NCBI GenBank assembly: GCA_907165135.1
Contig: OU015567.1
Coordinates: 14,322,001 to 14,386,000 of the forward strand
Source of the DNA: Oikopleura dioica
Lineage: Eukaryota; Animalia; Chordata
DNA length: 64,000 nt
Direction: 5' to 3'
Each line of letters starts with the position of its first letter. The stretch's first letter is position 1. Below the pieces are notes generated by a model. It did not search any database. It worked only from the letters and a program-made list of their open reading frames with translations, and was not told where the DNA came from. This document shows positions 1 through 9,700 of the stretch, piece after piece. The translations under genes were made by a program, and so were the position numbers.

Positions 1-3000
1 GAGTTGTTGTTTCTTCATCTTCCTCAAGCGCCAGCATGAGTTGAACGGCCGCGACTTTTGTATCGACATCAAAAATTTTCGGGTTGCTTTGGAGAGTTTC
101 TTCGGAGTCAGCAATATTTCGTGCTGTTTCGAGGTAGGTTGTGGCGGAGTCTTCATTTTTCAGCGCTTGATACATCCAAATATTCGCCCAGGCAAGTTCG
201 TCCTTGAAATTGCTCGTTTGATACATTCCTGCTTCAGGAACATGTTCGGCAAAAAAACCTTCATTATTCTCTGCGAATTGCATGACACTTTCTGCTTTTG
301 AGATGAGTTTCTGGGAGTATTCTGTGTCGTCAGCAAAGACAATACTGGTCGATGCAAGTGCACAGACTATTTGCGCAGCTAAATCGGTTCCTTCTTGATT
401 GTCTGTAACTGAGTAAATTGGCCGATTCGCTTTCATATCTTCGGCGCGACCCCAAAACTCATTCTCGTACGTCTGGTTTCCGATAGAGGCGACGATTTTG
501 GTAGAACGAGCTGCATTGTGAAGCCAGTCAGCACCATGCTTGATGATGTCTTTTACTTCTTCCAAATGTTCCCCGTAAGAATCAGGGTACTCGATGACGC
601 TCCAAGCAAGCATGGTGATGGAATAAGCCATTGGGAAGGTGTACTTCATGGTTCCTCCGCCGTCAAAGTAACCACCTGTTAAATCTGTATCGTCTCCATC
701 AATGTCTTTTGAAAATTTTAATCAGGATCTTTATGAAGTACTATACCTTGGATTGTAGCAGTCTTTCTCCATCCTATCGGAAAGTCTTCTGGAATTTCAC
801 CTGCTCTTTGAGCGTGATAAAACAGGAGCGTTTTCTGAAGCGCATGGAAGTAATCGATTCTATTTCCACTGTCTGGTCTGTCCGGATCGTAACCTTCAGG
901 ATCAGCTTGACTTCTAGCACCAGATTGACTCATGTCGCCCACTTTAAGACCTTTTCCTGGAGCTAACCGAGGTGGAGGCTTAGCGCCGTATGTCTCGTGG
1001 TCAATCTTGCCAAGAAGCGAGAATAAAAACATCGCATTGTAGTCCATAGCGACAGATGACTGCTGTTGCTTCCAGGGATCATCGTCATATCTATCAAATT
1101 CATCGGGACCACCAACCAATGCTCCATCAAGCTGATGTCGATTTGGAATTCCTGTAAACGAACCGCAGGGCTCTGGCTGCTCGGGACAGAAGGATTCTTT
1201 GTGATAGTAGCGCGTCGGATAGTCGTTTCCGTATCCAACAACATATGATCTTCCATTGTCCCCAAGAATGTAATCAAGCTGACTTTGTCCGAGAACAAAG
1301 TTCGCATCAGGATCAATTTTCATTTGAGCAGCCATGAAGCATAAACCAGCAGCTGCAGCAGCATGTCGAAGAGGTCCCCAATCGTTGAGATAGAGTAAAC
1401 CAAGGGGAGTTCGCTTAGCTTTGCCACCGTAACCTTTATCTCGGCAGAAAAGACGGAAAGTATTCTTATATCTGGCTGCTTGTGCTTGCTTTGAAATCTC
1501 CGCCATCAAGTAGTGAACAGCTGGTGTCTTGTTTTCCCAAGAAAAGGAAGAAATGTCTTTCTCAAGATGTTGATTTTTGTAGACTCCGACGGCATTGATG
1601 AGATATCTCTGCTTTCCAGTTGCTTTATAAAGCCAAATAGCAGCCCAAGCAAGCTCGTCATAAAATCCCTTGAAGGATTTGTACGCTTTTGCTGCCTCTA
1701 ATCAATAATTATAAATTCGATTATTTGAATTAAGCAAAGTACCTTTGAAAGTCTGGTCATACTTTCGCCGCTGATCAGGTTTCCACGCCATCTCAAACAG
1801 CTCCATAGCATGTCTTCGACAATCATCAGCGTAATAAGCATCGATTTCAGCAAAAACAATTGACGTGGCGGCCAAAGCAGCGGCAGCCTCAGCAACTGGC
1901 TCAGTTCCTTTGTGATTTACATCAACTTTGTAGCTCTTTCTTTGGGATACCCTCCGTGTGCCGGGAAAACCTCCGTGTGCCGGGATTCTCGGTCAAAATC
2001 CCGGCACAGGGAGGGTGGTGTTCTATAAATCCCAAAAAGCCGTTGATTTTGACCAATAAACTCTTCATATCGAGTGTTTCTGGAGGAAAACTAATTGTTA
2101 AATAAAATTCAAGACAGTTTTTGTCATATTTTACCTAACCCTAACCCAAATAAAAGAAGAATACAGTCGTAAAAGATTAAAAATCTGCTTGACCGTCATT
2201 AGAGTGTAATACATATCTGAAAACTAATTTCATGGATTAAAATTCACCACACTATTATCAGAATAAGAGACTGATTTATCCTTTGCATTCGTAAGCATCG
2301 CGAAAACAATGTCGATCTCTACCGTGACCAAATACTAAAGAAAAACTCTTCACAAAACCTTTAAAATACCGGAAACAGGAGATTTCTAGAACGTTTCGGA
2401 TTTGACCCTCCGTGTGCCGGGATTTCAGGGTTTTTCCCGGCACAAGGAGGGTACCCGCTTTCTTTGGTAGTTCAGTTTTTCGCCGTCTTCAATTCTTCCC
2501 CAGAAGTTTTCGTCATTTGTCTTGTCAGACACCTGGATGTAGAAAACGCCGTCCTCGGGGTGGCATTTCATCAAGTAGTCAGCTCCCCAGCGCAGCGTTT
2601 CTAGCGCAGCTTTTGTTTCGCTAAGTGAGTGTTATATAAATATAAAAGGCGCTTAAATTTCGCCCATTGCTATTTTTGGTTCAATGACTTCCAAGAGCGA
2701 GAGAATGCTTACCCGACATCTTTCAGGGTTCTCCAATAGTGAATCGTCGACCAAGCCATCATCGTAGTGGAAAACGCCATTGGAAAGCCATATTTAATGA
2801 ATCCACCGCCATCGTAATAACCGCCAGAGAGGTCGACACCATTATCTTTCCCGTCGTTCAACGCCGAATCACCGCGCCAGTCCAGTGGGTGGTCCTCTGA
2901 AGCCAACTTATTAGACCCGCATGATTTACGAGCATATGGGAAAAGGTTTCGCTTGCCATTGTAAATCTGACAATTACGCGAACAATTTCTGCATAATTTT

Positions 3001-3334
3001 CGGCGCTCTAGGAGATTTCCTTACCAGGAAGTTTGCCGCTCATCTGCGCGTAGAAGAATTTATAGCAGAGTTTAAGTGCCTTCGTATAATCGTGTCCGAA
3101 GCCTTCCTCATCAACTTCGACTGGGTCATTTGACTAGTTTATGATTGAATAGAGTGTTCGAAATGATTTCATACAGCATTTCTCTTAATTGACGTTTATT
3201 CAATCGCGTTCCTGGTCAAAGACGTTCCAATCGGTCTCTTCGTTGATTCCAGCGAAGGGATCAATCTCTGGTACAGCATCTACTTCTTGTGCAAGGACAG
3301 CTCCACAGCTGAGGTAGTAAAGGAGGAAAATCAT
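1..3334 (-). CDS. Secreted protein with at least two tandem GH9 (endoglucanase-fold) domains, catalytic residues substituted; multi-exon, runs off the window start
   Basis: Signal peptide [15 protein letters not shown] (ATG 3334). Hand-joined exons give GH9 motifs [108 protein letters not shown] second domain starts [20 protein letters not shown] and continues [11 protein letters not shown]...[11 protein letters not shown] in an exon (about 710 to 1) missing from the ORF track. Confidence 0.9.
1945..2457. mobile_element. Non-autonomous DNA transposon (MULE-like MITE) inserted in a GH9 coding exon
   Basis: 9-bp direct repeat ctttctttg at 1936-1944 and 2458-2466; TIRs ggataccctccgtgtgccggga / tcccggcacaaggagggtaccc; internal repeats of cctccgtgtgccggg. 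Confidence 0.85.
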
Positions 3335-3839
3335 CTTTGCATAGTAACTGACTGATAGAATCGGGACCACGGAATGTTGTGAACAGAGAGCAAGAAACGC
3401 CCCGGGGTAGAGCAGCTGCTGCATCAATTGGTACACCTCAATTCCATTCCGGCCACGGTTATTTGACCGAGTTATTATAGACGTTAAAAGCGGTAATTGG
3501 GTGGTAATTAAGAAAGTGTGAAAGATTTCTCTTCCGATTTTAGAAGAGTTGTAAAAATAACGAGATAAATTTTAGTGATAATGATAAAAAGTGATAGAAA
3601 TAATTTTTTATGAACAAGTTGTTAAAAGGAATTTGGAAATTAACATACAGAAAATATTATCAAATATCAGAAAAAACGTCATAAATGTTGAATGGCAATG
3701 AAAAAGTAATTGAAAATTGAAAAATTAAGTGTCAATAAAATGAAGGTATTGAAAGATCCAAGTTTGATGTTCGTCGAGACGATTTTAACAGAGGCCACAC
3801 TCCTTCTAAAGCAAAAGTTAACTGATTTTTATGATAGTT

Positions 3840-4588
3840 TTATACCGCGATTCTTAAAGCTTCAAGAGCATCTTCTACTGGGTCATGCTTTTTTTTCGAC
3901 GAGTGTTTGATTGTTCCGTATCCATTGGTACAAATATAGGCAAAGGGCTCAATATTGAATCCCAATGATTCAAGTCTTTAATCGTATCATTTTTATTGTT
4001 CCACTTGAGGCTTTCCTATCCGTCGTAATAAAAATGATACTCCTTTAAACCTTTCGAAGTCAGATCCAGCATTATGCACAATTAAAATCTTATCGAGGAG
4101 CAAGTCTTCAACCGCCTTTATGTTCTTTTTGGTAACAGGTTGATCAACTGAAATATGTTGGATGATATTTAAAAGCAAGAAAATTATTAACTGATTCTGA
4201 GGAGCTCATTTCCATTGTAATCCACAGCAGCAAAAGAATAAAGTCCTTTTCTATTGAGTCCTTCCCTATCTATAGCGAGCATTTTCTTCCTATCTTCTCT
4301 GATATATTTCTCATTGAAAATGCGAATGTACTTGTAAGGCAGATATCGGTGAATGTTCCTTGCTAAAAATTTCCCCATTTTTGTTCTCAAATGGCGGCCA
4401 ATAAAAGCAGAAAGCAAAAAGAACTGATTTTGACAATTCAAGATGTGTGCGCCTTTACGGAGGCAGATCCGATAATATTTTCGCGAGGGATTATCACCAA
4501 AGTTTGGGAGCGAAGGACATTCAACTTCATCGGTTGCGCTTTTTTGGTTGAGATTCATCCCAAAATAGATCAATAGAGTTTGATACAA
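3840..4588 (-). CDS. DEDDh 3'-5' exonuclease (REX4/ISG20-like); 5' end uncertain
   Basis: ExoI MLAIDREG..YSFAAVDYNG, ExoII ILIVHNAGSDF, ExoIII KHDPVEDA across three exons separated by introns of about 45 nt (one needs a GA donor); stop TAA at 3840-3842. Confidence 0.75.
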
Positions 4589-4914
4589 CTTGATAGAAGC
4601 TTGATTTAAAAAGAACTACCAACTCAAAATTCGAATTTCAAGCAAATTTCAATTAAAATACCCCTAGATTAATCTTATTCATATATTCCCAGTATGAGGT
4701 TTTGTTCAGTCAAAATAATGAAATTAACGAGTATTTCCCTTTTATCATCTGCGAAAAGTTCCATAAAATCAAATCACCGAAAAATCTTCACCCCTTTTAA
4801 TCTTCATAGAAGCGTAACGGTACATAACAGGTGCACCAAAAGCTTATCGTCGCTAGAATCGAACCTTATGACCGACTTTTCACCGATATAAGAACCGACC
4901 AACGTCAGATTTGA

Positions 4915-5238
4915 ATGGAACTCGAGACAAAGTTTTTAGTTTCAATCCTCGCTCTTCTCGCCGGAATATTTTTACTCCTCGCGTCAATGTGGTGGTATGC
5001 AAGAAGTTTGATGAAAAATTCCAACGTTGCGCAAAAGTCCTTTCCCGTGGACCAACATTTCTCCTCACAAGTCCGAAGCCAACCAGAGGTTCAGAATCGA
5101 TTCTACATGAGCTTCAAGGAGCAATTGACGCCTTCAACTTCACCGGAAAGAGAAATCCAAATCCTCGGTCATCAGCGTGGAAGTACTCCTAGACCAAAAG
5201 CCGTCCAGGTAATCCATCTGCAATCAATGCAGTTTTAA
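4915..5238 (+). CDS. Possible small protein with an N-terminal hydrophobic segment
   Basis: 107-aa ORF with ATG and hydrophobic FLVSILALLAGIFLLLASMWWY; no recognisable family. Confidence 0.25.
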   Translation: MELETKFLVSILALLAGIFLLLASMWWYARSLMKNSNVAQKSFPVDQHFSSQVRSQPEVQNRFYMSFKEQLTPSTSPEREIQILGHQRGSTPRPKAVQVIHLQSMQF

Positions 5239-5250
5239 TGAAGGCACTAC

Positions 5251-6386
5251 TAAAATAGTTGGTGGTCTAAACTTTGAAGTTCGTATGTGCGATAAGAATT
5301 TCGGGTGGCCTAAACTTTGATCGTTCTCATGTGTGACTCTTTGAGAAAGTGGCCTAAACTTTTAATTTCCCCGGAGGCGCTTCTGCCATCGGTGACTAGA
5401 GCACTGCCTGCTAAGGCCACTACGCTTTAAGGGACCCGGGCGAGTGACGCGGAGCTGAAGTTCACGCGCTCGCCGTTACTCTCAAACATAATATTTTTGA
5501 AATTTCTTTTGCAAATAATATCTTCAAGTCTTCATCTTTCATTTCCGACTCTTAGTTTTACTCTATCATAAATGGCTGATGAGCTAGAGATTAAAGAAGC
5601 GCAACTTCGAAAGGATTCAACTCCTGCAAACTTTATTTTATTTTTCTGAAACCGGTACCATTGAAAAGCCCATTAAATTTTGAACAGATTCCACGTAATG
5701 CGCTAAGTTGAAACTGTACTTATTGGCGATAAAGGTTAGATAAACAAGATAACTTAGCGCGCGCTCAGCGGGAATTGTATCCCGGGACCCCAAAATAACC
5801 CGATCGAAGCGTCCTGCCGTACTAAGAGCGCTAAGTTCTTTTGTTTATCAGCGCGCTAAGGGCAATCGGTAGAGTTTCAGCTTAGCGCATTACGTGGAAT
5901 CTGTTCAGAATTTAATGGGCTTTTCAATGGTACCGGTTTCAAAAAATAAAATAAAGTTTGCAGGAGTTGAATCCTTTTGAAGTTGCGCTTCTTTTAATCT
6001 CTCTAGCTCATCAGCCATTAATGATAGAGTAAAACTTAGAGTCGGAAATGAAAGATGAAGACTTGAACATATTATTTGCAAAAAGAAATTTCAAAAATAT
6101 TATGTTTGAGAGTAACGGCGAGCGCGTGAACTTCAGCTCCGCGTCACTCGCCCGGGTCCCTTAAGCAGGCCAATTAGGTTTACGGTTTTCATTCAAGGTG
6201 ATGACAATTGGAACTTGTCAGAGCGCCTCAGGGGAAATTCAAAGTTTAGACCACTTTCACACATGGAAAGAATCAAAGATTAGGCCACTTTCTCATAGGA
6301 TCACACATGGGAAGAATCAAAGTTTAGGCAACACAAAGTTCTTATCGCACGTAAGAACTTCAAAGTTTAGACCACCACCTATTTTA
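5251..6386. mobile_element. Foldback element: 1.1-kb near-perfect palindrome
   Basis: Arms about 5426-5710 and 5880-6164 are near-identical reverse complements; more diverged outer arms (repeated ggcctaaactttga motif) extend to taaaatag at 5251 and ctatttta at 6386. Confidence 0.85.
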
Positions 6387-7253
6387 TTCAGGTGATTGTC
6401 TAACTTCTGCTCAAACCCGCTCGATCATGGTTAACGAATATGAAGACAGTTTTATTCTTTCGCTGTCTCGGCAAATTAGCTTATTTATTGCCGGAAAATG
6501 TCCGCACCCACTTGTGTCCTGTTAACGTAAATCTAAAATCTTAGCCAGAAAGATTGTTTTCTGACTTATTTTAATCCTTATAAAATGAAGCAAATGTATT
6601 TCTAGGGATTCTCAATTCCAAAGGCTCGATTATTTTTATGTTACATGAATCGAAAATAAAGAAAAATCAAAAATATTTTTTTATTAATTTTTTTCTGAAT
6701 AAAAGCGCAAAGAAAAAGATTTCTGTGAGAAAGTTAGATGTAACGTATTCGGTGGGAGGGCTGAATTGTCTCACCTCTTCGATCACCGTCCTCAAAGGTC
6801 AGCGGCGAGGGGTAAATAGAACTCGTGACAGATCCGGAAGTAACGCAAGATTAATGTTTTCCTACTGATATTAATTATTTATAGAATATTCGACCTGTTT
6901 TTTTATTTTATTTCAAAAGCGTGACTAAAACAGGTCTCGGCGCAAAATTGGCAAGTGTCAGTTTCCATTCTCCCACACCGGGCGGTGGTGTCTGCAATCG
7001 ATCTGCCTTTTTCTCCCTTTGCGGCTCCTTTTTGTTTTTGCTGCTCGCAGTTGTCATGTTGAAACACCCGTTATTGGTAAAAATAAGACGGATGGCGCAA
7101 AAAATCTGACCTCCCGAGGTGGCACCAACATCGATCGATCGAAGAATCGAAGTTTTCTCAAAAGTGATCCATCAACGACGAATCATGCTTTGAATTGGGA
7201 GTGTTGGACGATTCCAGAAGGGGGCCGGAAATTGTCAGACAGGAGGAGTCAAA

Positions 7254-7436
7254 TCGGCAACCCATGCTACAAAACCTGAGTCAGGATTCTGAATATTTAA
7301 ATTAAATGCCGCGCAGCGGCTTTTTTACGAACAAAGCCGCCAAGCGGCTCCGCCAAAACTACCAACTCAATCAATTATTAGAACTTACTGTCTCAGAACC
7401 CTGACTCAGGTTTTCTAAACAGGTTGCCGAGCCCAG
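7254..7436. mobile_element. MITE, family A (TIR ctgggctcggcaacctgt..gaaaacctgagtcagg)
   Basis: Inverted termini aacctgagtcagg / cctgactcaggttttctaaacaggttgccgagcccag; same TIR recurs at 8 or more other sites. Confidence 0.8.
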
Positions 7437-7849
7437 ACGTCACGGCAACATTTCTTTCAGATATTTTATTGATCAGAAAGTTTCTGTTTGCGATTCAAGA
7501 ACAGGGAATAAACCTATCACATTTATTGTTTTACCACCTGCCAAAAAAATCACGGGTGCAGGTTCTGTTGCGCGCATCCTGAGAAATACGGGCCGCTCGG
7601 CCGTCACGATCAAGTCAGGGGACGTCCGGCAGTTGCCGACAATCCATCTCCTGACAGTGGCAAACACGCATCACACACACACACATCTATAGCCAGGGAG
7701 AACTAACATCCGCTGAAAAAAGATACTTGCTTATCTCGACCGCGCGGTTTTGCCGGTCCTGTTTAGAGTGACTTGAATTTCTGCTGACCAGTGACTGGAT
7801 GGTCCTTCTATTGCATTTATTTTCATTCGAAATACAGTGACATTACAGC

Positions 7850-8345
7850 TTAGAGATCGTCAATGTCGAAAGAGTCCTCCGCATTTCGTTGCGGAGACAT
7901 TTGCTGAGACGATTTCGTGTCCGGAAATCCACCGAAATCTACAAGAAAAGGTCTCAGAAAAAAAATCGCCGAGTAAAGCACTCACCGTCCATCGCTCTCT
8001 TCACCCGGACGCGGGATAAAGGCCAGCACATTTCCGCAGAAGGAGGGCGGATGTTTGAGAAGTCGATGAGGGGATCAGCATGCATTCGCTCCCACTCATC
8101 CTCCAGAAACTTTGCCGAAGTCGCTCGCTCGACAGGTTCAACGTCTTTTTTCTTCGTCTCCGTTTGCGCTATTTTCTCCGTCGCGTTTTGAACCACCTGT
8201 TTGTTCTGAAACAAATTTTCTTAACAAAAAGCTCTTTTCGTTTTTACTTCACCTGTGTCTGATTTTGGAGAGGTTTGATCAGACCCTTTGATTTAAGTGG
8301 GCGAATTGGGGTAGCGTTAGGAATATTCTCTGCTTGCAAATTCAT
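7850..8345 (-). CDS. Putative 3-exon gene of unknown function downstream of Hox1
   Basis: Open frames joined in phase by short GT-AG introns (gtaaaa..ttcag; gtgagt..ttgtag); ends ...DSFDIDDL-TAA. Start uncertain. Confidence 0.4.
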
Positions 8346-8844
8346 GATCGTTCTCTTATTTCGCTCTCTCGCCAAAGTGAGGCCGGGGACAAACTTAACT
8401 TTGTCGTTTTTGAGATGTTTATCATTACGGTTTTGTTTTCATATTTTCGTCTTGCATCGCATTGACCCCGCCCCCGTTTGACCGAGCGGTGTTCTTCGTA
8501 AAAGGAATCAAAAAGAGGACAAAGGGGCTAAGAATAGCAGACTCTTCTCGTTGACGATGACGGATGAACCTTACGCGGCTCTTCAAATGACTTTTATTTA
8601 TTCCTTCTGATCATGCCTGACTGTGAAGCCTCGCCGCCAACAAAGGATCTCCTCGTTTGTCCGTTGCTACTCGAGCGGAAAAATGTTTTAGCATGCAGAT
8701 GTTAACCTAAAATCAAAAATACAAATTGAAAAAGTTACAATTTACACGAAACAACAAATAAACTCCTTGAACTCGTGTCTAAGTAAAATTAAGGCGAAAT
8801 TGTAGGTGTCAGAGTGTGTGACATAATTTGCCTAATTCCAATTC

Positions 8845-8862
8845 TGATGGATGGGCACTGCA
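8845..8862 (+). promoter_or_regulatory. Candidate Pbx/Hox1 bipartite site 3' of Hox1
   Basis: tgatggatgggcactg, close to the vertebrate Hoxb1 autoregulatory repeat 3 (TGATGGATGGGCGCTG, from memory). Confidence 0.4.
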
Positions 8863-9700
8863 GTCATCGTTGACGAGGATGATTTTGATCTATCGCGGCT
8901 CCATCACGTTCATTTTACTCCTTGACTACCGCAAAAGTGTGCGCCAAAATCAAGGTGACAAAAACACAAACTCGCTAAACTTTTCAAAGAAAAAGTTGAC
9001 CACTTTAAAATGTCAATTAAATTATTTGGACGAAAACAAAATAATTTGGTCGCGCCCGATTTTTATATGAAGATATTCTTTTGAATCAGGTACGGTTATA
9101 AGGGAGGTCCCCTTAATTTTGAGCCCCGAAGGTAGCTCTAGAACACTAAAAGCGATAATTATCGTTCAAAAATGTTGATTTTGGCAAGTGAGAAACACGC
9201 TGAGAAACACTGGTTATTCTAGCGATTCCCATTTTTTCTCGATACTCTAGTGATAATAGAATTCCTCTCAGTCAAATAGTAATTCGTTTAATAATTAGGT
9301 TTAGCTTTAGAACTGGCTTTGAAACAAAGAAAAGTGAATAATTTTGTTCTCCATCGAAGTGATTATTTCAGCGACTCTCTGGTCGCCCGAGCGTCGCGAC
9401 TGCTTCCGAAAATCTCAACGCAGCCAAGAAAACTTATTTTACAACCTGTCTCCAAAAGTTCTATATTTACTCTTGATTAAAAAAAACGAGGCAGTTCCAT
9501 CTTTACTTATTAATCTTATTTATTGATGATTTCCCGCAGTTTGAAAAAAAAGGATAGTATTCTGTACAATTTACATAAAAGCAGCAGTGTTCTAAAATAG
9601 CGGCTCTTTTTTCTATAAAGTGGTTGATTTTTGGAATTGCAGAATTGAATATTGCGATTGTTGAAAAATAGGGCTTCTTCGTTGATTCCAGCGATCGCGT

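Noticed and set aside
1-3334. GH9 as bacterial contamination or recent horizontal transfer
   Set aside because: It has spliceosomal introns, a signal peptide and an embedded host MITE; GH9 is ancestral in animals.
8169-8195. WFKTRRRK-stop, resembling homeodomain helix 3 near Hox1
   Set aside because: No helix 1/2 upstream, an immediate stop, and another frame forms a better spliced ORF.
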